A stretch of 64,000 bases of DNA from an uncultured Acidaminococcales bacterium (lineage in GTDB: Bacteria; Bacillota; Negativicutes; Acidaminococcales; JAISLQ01), in the NCBI GenBank assembly GCA_964551985.1, contig CAZKFG010000003.1:3821-67820 (forward strand), in the 5' to 3' direction. The position numbers and the translations under genes were made by a program. The first letter of the stretch is position 1. Each line of letters starts with the position of its first letter. Shown here piece by piece: positions 10,935-19,239 of the stretch. The notes below the pieces were generated by a model. The model saw only the letters and a list, made by a program, of their open reading frames with translations, was not told the origin of the DNA and did no database searches.

Positions 10935-12250
10935 TGCTTGATTTTCAGCGTATAATAAATGCAATTGAAACGTCTAAAACAATGCTTTTAACTGGAAAAG
11001 TTACGCAAATTATAGGACTTGTTATAGAAACAGATGGACCAAATGTTATTATTGGTGAAATTTGCTTGATATATCCAAGAAGCAACAAATTACAACCACT
11101 AGTAGCAGAGGTTGTTGGGTTTAGAGAAAATAGAGTTTTGCTCATGCCGCTTGGCGATATGACAGGAATTGGTCCAGGTTGTGAAGTTGTTGCATCTGAA
11201 AAAACTTTGACAGTAAAAGTCGGCGATGGATTACTAGGTAGGGTGTTTGACGGTCTTGGCAATCCTATTGATGGCAAAGGTGAAATTGATTCTAATATAT
11301 ATTATCCATTAGAAGCGCCACCACCACCACCGCTTGCTAGAGCAATGATAAAAGACAAAGTATCGGTTGGTGTAAGAGCAATCGATGGACTTTTATCAAT
11401 GGGTAAAGGTCAACGTATAGGAATAATGGCAGGTAGTGGTGTTGGTAAAAGCACATTACTTGGTATGATAGCTAGAAATACAGAGGCAGATATAAACGTA
11501 ATTGCCCTTATTGGTGAACGTGGTCGTGAAGTTAGAGAATTTATAGAACGAGACCTTGGCGAAGAGGGACTAAAAAAATCAGTTGTTGTTGTTGCTACTT
11601 CGGACCAACCAGCACTAGTTAGAATAAAAGGCGCACTTACTGCAACAGCAATGGCAGAGTATTTTAGAAATATTGGTAAAAATGTTGTTTTAATGATGGA
11701 CTCTGTAACACGTTTTGCTATGGCTCAAAGAGAAGTTGGACTTACAGTAGGAGAACCACCAGCTACGCGTGGCTATACACCATCGGTTTTTGCATTACTG
11801 CCTAAATTACTTGAACGTACAGGTTCAGGTATAGATGGTGCAATAACTGGAATTTATACAGTCTTAGTCGAAGGCGATGACATGAATGAACCTATTGCAG
11901 ATACTGTGCGAAGTATCTTAGATGGACACATAGTCTTATCAAGGTCATTGGCGGCACAAAATCACTATCCAGCAATAGATGTACTGACGAGTGTCAGTAG
12001 AATAATGCTAGAGATAGTTGACAAAGAACACTGGGCAGCAGCGCAGCAACTGCGAAAAGTATTAGCTACGTACAGTGAAGCACAAGATCTTATCAATATA
12101 GGAGCGTATGTAGCTGGAAGTAACAAAGATATAGACAATGCAATTAGAATGATAGACAAAGTAACAGAATTTTTAGTACAAGACGTTTATGAAATAACCG
12201 ATTATCAGAATTGTATTTCAAGACTGTGTAGTTTATTTAAAGAAAATTAA
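10934..12250 (+). CDS. fliI: Flagellum-specific ATPase FliI
   Basis: 438 aa. It has Walker A GSGVGKST, Walker B VLMMDS, and F1-beta-like architecture. Confidence 0.97.
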   Translation: MLDFQRIINAIETSKTMLLTGKVTQIIGLVIETDGPNVIIGEICLIYPRSNKLQPLVAEVVGFRENRVLLMPLGDMTGIGPGCEVVASEKTLTVKVGDGLLGRVFDGLGNPIDGKGEIDSNIYYPLEAPPPPPLARAMIKDKVSVGVRAIDGLLSMGKGQRIGIMAGSGVGKSTLLGMIARNTEADINVIALIGERGREVREFIERDLGEEGLKKSVVVVATSDQPALVRIKGALTATAMAEYFRNIGKNVVLMMDSVTRFAMAQREVGLTVGEPPATRGYTPSVFALLPKLLERTGSGIDGAITGIYTVLVEGDDMNEPIADTVRSILDGHIVLSRSLAAQNHYPAIDVLTSVSRIMLEIVDKEHWAAAQQLRKVLATYSEAQDLINIGAYVAGSNKDIDNAIRMIDKVTEFLVQDVYEITDYQNCISRLCSLFKEN

Positions 12251-12270
12251 AGTGCTAAGGATGAGAAATA

Positions 12271-12726
12271 TTGAAGCCCTTTGTATTTAAATTAGAAACA
12301 CTTTTAAAAATAAGAAAAAGACATGAAGAAGAAGCTAATATTGCTTTGTCTAAAGCACGAAAAAAACTGTTTGAAGCAAAAACATACTTAGAAAAACTAA
12401 CAACCCAGCAGCAAGAAACTGTAGATGCTTTCAAACAAAAACAAGAAAACAAAGAACTTTTTGCTTTAGAATTTCAAAGTTGGTACACTTTTATAAATTT
12501 TTTACAAACTCAAATAAAAGACCAAATACTAATAGTAGAACAGATAACACAAGAAGTAGCAACTGCACTAAAGCTTTTAGAACAAGCAATGAAAAACCGT
12601 AAATCAGTTGAGAAATTAAAAGAAAAACGTTATGAACAATATAGAATAGATATGCTTTTAGAAGAACAAAAAATACTTGATGAAATGGCTATTACTAGAT
12701 TTAAAAGCACAAGCAAAAACTTTTAG
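12271..12726 (+). CDS. fliJ: Flagellar export chaperone/stalk protein FliJ
   Basis: A 151-aa all-coiled-coil protein immediately after fliI. It begins FKLETLLKIRKRHEEEA and starts with TTG. Confidence 0.8.
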   Translation: MKPFVFKLETLLKIRKRHEEEANIALSKARKKLFEAKTYLEKLTTQQQETVDAFKQKQENKELFALEFQSWYTFINFLQTQIKDQILIVEQITQEVATALKLLEQAMKNRKSVEKLKEKRYEQYRIDMLLEEQKILDEMAITRFKSTSKNF

Positions 12727-12746
12727 AGAGGTGTTGATTAAAGCTT

Positions 12747-13304
12747 ATGAACCCTATAAGTAAAGTACACGCTCGTATAGCAGAAATAGAAAAAAAATTC
12801 AATCCACAACAAACACAACAAGAATCAAGCTTTTCAGATTATCTAAAAACTGCTCAAAGCAAAGATAATGATACAATATCTGCTATAAGAAAAAAACCGA
12901 TTCAAGAACAAAATACTAACTACGAAAAAGGCAGCATAAAACAAATGCTAGTAGAAACTGCACAAAAATATGGAGTTGACAGCAACCTTGTATTAGCATT
13001 GGCTAATGCTGAATCAGGATACAGAACAGATGCCGTATCACCAGTTGGAGCAGTTGGCGTAATGCAATTAATGCCTGACACTGCTCGTGGTTTAGGCGTA
13101 GAAGATAGCTTTGATCCAAAACAAAACATTGATGGTGGCGTAAGGTATCTAAAACAAATGCTCTCAATGTTTGGTGGCGATACAACAAAAGCGCTTGCTG
13201 CATACAATGCAGGACCAGGAGCAGTACAAAAATACGGTGGAATTCCGCCGTATGCCGAAACACAAGCATACGTAAGAAACATTTTATCTGAAATAGCACA
13301 ATAA
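12747..13304 (+). CDS. SLT-domain lytic transglycosylase encoded inside the flagellar operon
   Basis: The family-1 lytic transglycosylase signature LALANAESGYRTDAVSPVGAVGVMQLMPDTA ... AYNAGPGAV is present (catalytic Glu-Ser, GLMQ-like and AYNAG motifs). Confidence 0.85.
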   Translation: MNPISKVHARIAEIEKKFNPQQTQQESSFSDYLKTAQSKDNDTISAIRKKPIQEQNTNYEKGSIKQMLVETAQKYGVDSNLVLALANAESGYRTDAVSPVGAVGVMQLMPDTARGLGVEDSFDPKQNIDGGVRYLKQMLSMFGGDTTKALAAYNAGPGAVQKYGGIPPYAETQAYVRNILSEIAQ

Positions 13305-13326
13305 CTATAAAAAGGGAGGGTATGTT

Positions 13327-14166
13327 TTGCCTACAGTTAAACAAGAACAAATCCCAACTGAAGATGAACAACAAGATACCTCTGCTGGTGTTTACAAAAA
13401 CAATCAAGACACATTTTTTACTAAAACAAAAAGATTATTAAACCCTGTAAAAATTATCAAATATTTAGCTAAAAACATTTGGAAGCCGGTTTTAGCATTT
13501 GTTTTACTGTTTGGTTTAATACTAGGACTTGTCTATGCAGGCAGCTATTACAAACTATTAGACGCCAAAAAAACTCTTGATTTTGAAAACTCCATGGCAA
13601 GTCTTAGACAATCTGATAATTTTATAGTAACAAGTACTTTGCCAGTTTTAGAGTGGATAGCATCATCATTTGCCGGTGCCGGTGAAATAATGCAAGCCCA
13701 AATAGACAGACAAGAACAACAAATAATGCAAAAAGAACAAGAACTACAAGAGCAAAAAAAGCAAGAAGAACTAAAAGCTCAAGAAGCTGAAAAAGAAAAA
13801 CAAAAAAAAGAACAAGAACAGCAAAAAGCAGCAGCTAACAAACAAACCACAACATCAGCTAAAAAAGACCAAACAACAGCTGACTTACAAAAAGCTGCCG
13901 ACGAAAGACAAAAAGAACTAATCAAAAGAGCAAGTAAACTAGCTACATACTATGCGACAATGCCACCGCAAAACGCTATAAACATAATGAAAAATATGGA
14001 CAACGAAGAAATCATTATAGTTTTAAGCCGTATGCCAGATGAAACAGCATCACAAATTTTAGCAGGCTTTGAACCAGATAGAGCCTCAATTATCTCCAAG
14101 AGCATTCTTAAATTACGTCCGACAGTCGAACCAACAACACCAAACAAAGCAAACGACGTCTTGTAA
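13327..14166 (+). CDS. Membrane-anchored coiled-coil protein with a C-terminal MgtE-N-like domain, at the position of B. subtilis ylxF
   Basis: It has an N-terminal TM (VLAFVLLFGLILGLVYAG), a KEQE-rich coiled coil, and the C-terminal MPPQNAINIMKNMDNEEIIIVLSRMPDETASQILAGFEPDRA (MgtE intracellular N-domain-like). It lies between fliJ and fliK. Confidence 0.55.
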   Translation: MPTVKQEQIPTEDEQQDTSAGVYKNNQDTFFTKTKRLLNPVKIIKYLAKNIWKPVLAFVLLFGLILGLVYAGSYYKLLDAKKTLDFENSMASLRQSDNFIVTSTLPVLEWIASSFAGAGEIMQAQIDRQEQQIMQKEQELQEQKKQEELKAQEAEKEKQKKEQEQQKAAANKQTTTSAKKDQTTADLQKAADERQKELIKRASKLATYYATMPPQNAINIMKNMDNEEIIIVLSRMPDETASQILAGFEPDRASIISKSILKLRPTVEPTTPNKANDVL

Positions 14167-14208
14167 TTTAATCAAATAAATGCTAATACACTGAAAGGAG
14201 GTGAGAAA

Positions 14209-15648
14209 ATGGATGCGATGAATTTATTTGCAACAACGGCAGCAGCAACTTTAAATCAACAAACACTACAACCAAATCAAATAGCAACAACTCCCAACAA
14301 AGAAATGGCAGGCAAATTTGGCAAAGTACTTAAGACCATAGCCACAACAGATGCCATAAATCTTTCAGATGCAGAAATCAACCAGTTAGAAACATCGCAA
14401 GTAAGTCAGATAGCAAGCATGTTACAAGCAAACGTCGTTTTACCAGTAGTTTTACAAACAAAAACAGACAATACTACCGAACAACAAATACCTACAACTG
14501 CAATTAAGGAAACGACCAACTTAGTTAAAGAAACACAAACAACAATACAATCACTTGCTGTCAAAGCCCAAAACTTGCAAGAGTTTTTATCCAAAATGAC
14601 AAAAGAAGAACTTGCCAAAATTGTTCAAACAAACCCACAATCAGTAAACGAAGAACAACAAGCAAATCTCCAGCAAACAACGAAAAATGAACCTATTGAG
14701 ATAAAAACAACACAAGACCAACAAAACATAGACTCTCAAAAACAAACAATTGATGCAAAACAAATTTTTGGCGACAAACTAGTTGAAAGCAAAACAACAG
14801 ATATGATTTTGCCAACAACCCAGCCAAAAACAAAAGTTGCTCAAACTACCCCACAAGTACTGACAGATGAACTTACACTAGTCAATAACGCTGTAACAAC
14901 CGAAGTGAAAAAACCACTAACAAAAGAACTCGAACAAAACACTTTGAGCACACTTCAAACAGTTGATTTAAAACAAGAACTGCAAACAAAACCAACTATC
15001 GAAATACAAAACCAACTAACAGACCTAACAAAAACGCCACTTGTAACAACAATTCAAAGCAAAAACCTAAAAGATGACCTAAACCTATTTGAAGAAATTG
15101 TCAAAAAAGAAGAACTCACATTTACAGACAAAATAGCAACAATCGCTGGCGAGACAAAACAGCCAGAAATACAAAAAATAACTTTTGACAAAGAACCAAT
15201 AGCACTAGCCAATCTAAAAGAAGTAGTCGACCAAATTGTAGAACAAGCCAAACTTACACAAAAACCAGGCATATCAGAAATGATCCTACGCCTAAAACCA
15301 AACAACCTCGGTGAAATGACAATCCGCATAATCGCAGGTGACGGAGGAACAATCACAGCCTCATTTCACACAAACAACCCAGAAGCAAGAGCAATTTTAC
15401 AACAATCTTTGCCGACAATAAAGCAAGAACTAGCAAACACCGGACTTAAAGTCAATGACGTAGGTGTTTACGCAGGACTAGGCGACTTCCAGTCATTTGC
15501 CCAACAAAGAGAAGGTCAAACAAATCAACAAAATTCACCAAAAATAAACGCAGCAAAACTAGCAATGCAAGACCAAGAACTACTAGAAGAACTGCAAGCA
15601 CAAAGCGACAATACAAGCTTAGACGGCGGCGTAGACTACAGAATATAA
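14209..15648 (+). CDS. fliK: Flagellar hook-length control protein FliK
   Basis: 479 aa. It has a Q/T/P-rich extended ruler region and a C-terminal Flg_hook-type domain (ISEMILRLKPNNLGEMTIRIIAGDGGTITASFHTNNPEARAILQQSLPTIKQEL). It lies upstream of flgD-flgE. Confidence 0.8.
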   Translation: MDAMNLFATTAAATLNQQTLQPNQIATTPNKEMAGKFGKVLKTIATTDAINLSDAEINQLETSQVSQIASMLQANVVLPVVLQTKTDNTTEQQIPTTAIKETTNLVKETQTTIQSLAVKAQNLQEFLSKMTKEELAKIVQTNPQSVNEEQQANLQQTTKNEPIEIKTTQDQQNIDSQKQTIDAKQIFGDKLVESKTTDMILPTTQPKTKVAQTTPQVLTDELTLVNNAVTTEVKKPLTKELEQNTLSTLQTVDLKQELQTKPTIEIQNQLTDLTKTPLVTTIQSKNLKDDLNLFEEIVKKEELTFTDKIATIAGETKQPEIQKITFDKEPIALANLKEVVDQIVEQAKLTQKPGISEMILRLKPNNLGEMTIRIIAGDGGTITASFHTNNPEARAILQQSLPTIKQELANTGLKVNDVGVYAGLGDFQSFAQQREGQTNQQNSPKINAAKLAMQDQELLEELQAQSDNTSLDGGVDYRI

Positions 15649-15668
15649 AGAACAAAGGAGGAAAATAG

Positions 15669-16298
15669 ATGTCAAACAATGTAAACCCAATAACAACTGG
15701 AGCACCAACGGCAAAAGAACAAGTCAAAAATAAAAACGGCGAACTAGGCAAAGACGCCTTTTTAAAACTACTCGTTGCCCAACTCCAAAACCAAGACCCA
15801 CTAGCACCGGCAGAAGACAAAGAATTCATCGCCCAACTATCAACATTCTCAATGCTAGAACAAATGCAAAACATGAACTCGTCAATGCAAGCAACCCAAG
15901 CCTCAAGTTTAATCGGTAAACAAGTAACATGGCAAGAAACCGTCGATGGAGAGCAAAAAGTCTTCTACTCAACAGTAGAATCAGTAAGAGTAGCTGGAGA
16001 CCAAGTATACCTAGTAGTAGACTCAGAATCAGGCAAAGAAATAAAACTATCAGACGTCAAACTAATCGAAGACGCAAACGGCGACTACACAAATCAAATC
16101 GGTCAAGCATCAATGCTTATAGGAAAAATAGTAAGCTGGTACGAAAAAGGTGAAGACGGCAAACCAGTAGAAAAATCAGCCGAAGCTACATCAGTAAAAG
16201 TATCACAAGGCAAAGTTTACCTAGTAGTTGGTAAAGACGCCGACGGCAAAGACATGGTAATCTCAATGGACAGCGTATCTAGCGTAAAACCAAAATAA
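15669..16298 (+). CDS. flgD: Flagellar hook-capping/assembly protein FlgD, with a duplicated C-terminal module
   Basis: The FlgD N-motif LGKDAFLKLLVAQLQNQDPLAPAEDKEFIAQLSTFSMLEQ is present, followed by two similar LIGK-x-V-x-W...VYLVV...modules. Confidence 0.92.
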   Translation: MSNNVNPITTGAPTAKEQVKNKNGELGKDAFLKLLVAQLQNQDPLAPAEDKEFIAQLSTFSMLEQMQNMNSSMQATQASSLIGKQVTWQETVDGEQKVFYSTVESVRVAGDQVYLVVDSESGKEIKLSDVKLIEDANGDYTNQIGQASMLIGKIVSWYEKGEDGKPVEKSAEATSVKVSQGKVYLVVGKDADGKDMVISMDSVSSVKPK

Positions 16299-16325
16299 CA
16301 AAGGAAAATTGACAGGAGGGATAAA

Positions 16326-16718
16326 ATGACAGACCCAAGACTTTTTTACCCAATCCCGCCAATAGTTTCCAATACTACCACAACAATTAAGCCGCAAAAC
16401 CAACAAAACACAACAGTTCAACCAAAAATAGACTTCAAAAGCGTGCTTAACAACGAAATAAAACAAGTAAAATTCTCTCAACATGCCCTGCAACGTCTAG
16501 ACAGCAGAAACATAATCCTAGACGAACAACAAATAGAAAAACTCCAGCAGGCAGTAGACAAAGCCACACAAAAAGGCTCAAGAGAATCACTGGTATTAAT
16601 GGATAACCAACTGGCATTTGTTGTCAGCGTTAGAAACCGAACCGTGATTACAGCCATGGACGGCAACTCTATCAAAGACAATATATTCACAAACATCGAC
16701 AGTGCAATAGTTATATAA
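16326..16718 (+). CDS. Small 'flagellar operon protein' (resembles the TIGR02530 family) between flgD and flgE
   Basis: 130 aa. The motif FSQHALQRLDSRNIILDEQQIEKLQQAVDKA...LVLMDNQLAFVVSVRNRTVITAM matches my recollection of the flgD-flgE-linked family. The assignment is from memory and position, not a search. Confidence 0.55.
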   Translation: MTDPRLFYPIPPIVSNTTTTIKPQNQQNTTVQPKIDFKSVLNNEIKQVKFSQHALQRLDSRNIILDEQQIEKLQQAVDKATQKGSRESLVLMDNQLAFVVSVRNRTVITAMDGNSIKDNIFTNIDSAIVI

Positions 16719-16799
16719 GCTGGACCTTAAGGAAGCTTAGAGTATGGAATGAAAGAAATACTCAAACTAGCACGAAATAAAAGGAGGTCATTTCATCTT

Positions 16800-18803
16800 A
16801 TGATGCGTTCACTTTATACTGGGGTATCAGGTTTGAGCAATCATCAAACCAGAATGGATGTACTCAGTAACAATATAGCCAATGTCAACACAACAGGCTT
16901 TAAAGCAAGCCGTACAGTTTTCTCAAGCGCCCTTAGCCAAACAATCCAAGGCGCAACATCACCACAAGGTAACGTTGGCGGTATCAACGCCAAACAAATC
17001 GGACTAGGTGTAAAAACAGCTGCAATAGATATACTGTTTACCAAAACAAGCTTCCAAACAACAAACGTCAACACAGACCTTGCTATCAACGATAACGGCT
17101 TTTTCATCGTAAACAACGGAGCGCAATCCTTCTACACAAGAGCAGGCAACTTCGGTTTTGACGAAGATGGTAGCTTTGTTAACGTTGACGGTCTAAAAGT
17201 AATGGGCTGGCTGGCAGACAAAACCGGCAATATCAATACTGCTGCACCAATCGAGGCAATCAAAATACCTGTAACAGACACTATGGATCCTAAAATAACA
17301 ACATACCTAGATGCTATCGGAAACCTAGACTCTAGTGCTGGGCTAGGCATGATAGGCTCGTCTTCAAAAGACGTTTTCGACTCACAAGGTTTTGCTCATA
17401 GAGTATCTACGAACTACACCAAAGTTGGCGACAACCAATGGCTTGCAGCTACAGACGTAAAAGGAGTGGAGCCTGGCACTACAGTACAAGGTACTATAAA
17501 AAGAATATCATTTGATGCTTATGGTAAATACATGGGCTCTGAAGATGTTACTTTAGCAGGACAACCATCTAAAGCAGTATTTTTAACAGCCTTTAACTCA
17601 AAGTTAGACTTGCCTAATGATGCTATGGCTGGTGGTCCAATTACTGACACCGTTACTTACCAAGATTCAGCGGGAAATGCTCAAACCATAACTATTACAG
17701 CTACATTAACTTCTCCTGCAACTGCTGTAGGTGCTACGGATGCAGAGTGGGAGGTGGAATTTGACTTCGGTGGTGGTACTACACCACAAACGCAAACAAT
17801 TTCTTCGACAAACCAAAATCCTAGCTGGAATCCGATGGTTGTTACTATTGGTACTGATACAGTGTCATTTACACCAAATACTCAAATAACTTTTGAATCT
17901 GGCGTTACTCCTGCATTTGTATCAAAATCAGGTCCAACAAGAACTGTTGGTACAGCCGTATCAGATGCATTCACGGCAGCAGGAATAGAACTTGATAGAA
18001 ATGCTAGATTAAACGATACAAAAGAAGGTGCAATAACTTTCATGGATTCAGATAATATTCCCCGTGCTTTAGGCGTCAAAGCTACTTGTACAGCAGCACC
18101 AAACGGGGCCAACCCAGCAACGTGGAAACTAGAATTTATTGAAAATGGTAAGGTAGTTGGTTCGCAGAGCTATTCTACATTAGTAGCCAACGATTTGCCA
18201 CCACTTACTCTGACTGACGGTTCTATGGTTTCTTTTACAGGGGCAGGTAGTTCTGTTACTATCGGTAATACCGCAACAGCTCTTAATACAGTGCCAATGA
18301 CCCCAACGGGTACGGATATGCCACTATCTTTTCAACCAGCAGGTGGAACAGCAAGCCCATTGTCAATAAATATGTCTTACAATGCTCTGACACAATACGC
18401 CGGTGGCTTTAATATGGGTGACCCTAAGCAAGACGGTTATTCAGCAGGTGATTTGAAAGACAAAGTAATTGATGCATCCGGTACAATTATTGGTAAATAT
18501 TCTAATGGTCAGATGTTAAAACTAGGTCAAGTTGCTACAGCAATTTTTAACAATCAACAAGGGCTAGAGCGGGCTGGTTCGACATTGTTTACAGCGTCTA
18601 ATAACTCAGGAGATCCAATAATTGGTACAGCAGGTACCGGCGGACGCGGAACTATGCAAGCGGGCGCTATAGAGATGGCTAATGTTGATTTAGCAGAAGA
18701 ATTTACTAATATGATAGTAACTCAACGTGGTTATCAATCCAATTCAAGGGTAATTACAACTTCAGACGAAATGCTCCAAGAATTAATGAGTCTTAAACGT
18801 TAA
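16800..18803 (+). CDS. flgE: Flagellar hook protein FlgE (large form with an extended central domain)
   Basis: The N-terminus is MMRSLYTGVSGLSNHQTRMDVLSNNIANVNTTGFK and the C-terminus is GAIEMANVDLAEEFTNMIVTQRGYQSNSRVITTSDEMLQELMSLKR. The ATG at 16800 follows GGAGG (16783-16787). The track ORF starts further upstream at 16749. Confidence 0.93.
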   Translation: MMRSLYTGVSGLSNHQTRMDVLSNNIANVNTTGFKASRTVFSSALSQTIQGATSPQGNVGGINAKQIGLGVKTAAIDILFTKTSFQTTNVNTDLAINDNGFFIVNNGAQSFYTRAGNFGFDEDGSFVNVDGLKVMGWLADKTGNINTAAPIEAIKIPVTDTMDPKITTYLDAIGNLDSSAGLGMIGSSSKDVFDSQGFAHRVSTNYTKVGDNQWLAATDVKGVEPGTTVQGTIKRISFDAYGKYMGSEDVTLAGQPSKAVFLTAFNSKLDLPNDAMAGGPITDTVTYQDSAGNAQTITITATLTSPATAVGATDAEWEVEFDFGGGTTPQTQTISSTNQNPSWNPMVVTIGTDTVSFTPNTQITFESGVTPAFVSKSGPTRTVGTAVSDAFTAAGIELDRNARLNDTKEGAITFMDSDNIPRALGVKATCTAAPNGANPATWKLEFIENGKVVGSQSYSTLVANDLPPLTLTDGSMVSFTGAGSSVTIGNTATALNTVPMTPTGTDMPLSFQPAGGTASPLSINMSYNALTQYAGGFNMGDPKQDGYSAGDLKDKVIDASGTIIGKYSNGQMLKLGQVATAIFNNQQGLERAGSTLFTASNNSGDPIIGTAGTGGRGTMQAGAIEMANVDLAEEFTNMIVTQRGYQSNSRVITTSDEMLQELMSLKR

Positions 18804-18816
18804 TATTTAAACTTTC

Positions 18817-18840
18817 AGGGGGGCAAAATTACGCCCCCCT
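18817..18840 (+). other. GC-rich stem-loop (8-bp stem AGGGGGGC/GCCCCCCT, 8-nt loop) 14 nt after the flgE stop, with no U-tract
   Basis: The inverted repeat was read directly. The downstream sequence is AAAGGCTTTAAATAAAC, which is not T-rich. It may be a partial terminator or an mRNA 3'-end stabiliser. Confidence 0.6.
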
Positions 18841-18889
18841 AAAGGCTTTAAATAAACTATGTATTTTTTATAATAAGGTGAGTGTAAAA

Positions 18890-19084
18890 ATGATAACATT
18901 GACAAAATTTCAATCTAAAGATGAGCTAGTATTAAATTCAGATTTAATAGAGACAATTGAGGAAACTCCTGATACGGTTATTACATTAACTAGTGGTAGA
19001 AAGCTGATTGTAGAGGAAACATCGAAAGATATTATTAGAAAAGTTATAGAGTTTAGGCGTGAATTAGGAAAATTTGCAAGATAA
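18890..19084 (+). CDS. flbD: Flagellar protein FlbD
   Basis: MITLTKFQSKDELVLNSDLIETIEETPDTVITLTSGRKLIVEETSKDIIRKVIEFRRE is a typical FlbD (about 64 aa). It follows flgE, as ylzI/flbD does in Bacilli and Clostridia. Confidence 0.85.
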   Translation: MITLTKFQSKDELVLNSDLIETIEETPDTVITLTSGRKLIVEETSKDIIRKVIEFRRELGKFAR

Positions 19085-19239
19085 GTGATGAGAAAAAGCC
19101 TTATTGCTATTGCTTGTTTCACATAAATAGTATAAAATTAAATATAAGTGTTTATAAAAAGCAGGATTTTTGCTGCGTAGGTAGAATTATAAATAGTATT
19201 TATTACTTTAATACAAAAAAATATAAGGCGGTGTGAATT

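Noticed and set aside
15054-17350. Cluster of minus-strand ORFs (15054..15356, 15452..15874, 16263..16493, 16478..16696, 16844..17116, 17132..17350) and the Arg-rich + strand alternative-frame ORF 15929..16153
   Set aside because: They lie opposite or inside fliK, flgD and flgE. They are explained by the unusual A+C-rich, T-poor composition of the + strand in this island, which depletes stop codons in other frames. They are not independent genes.
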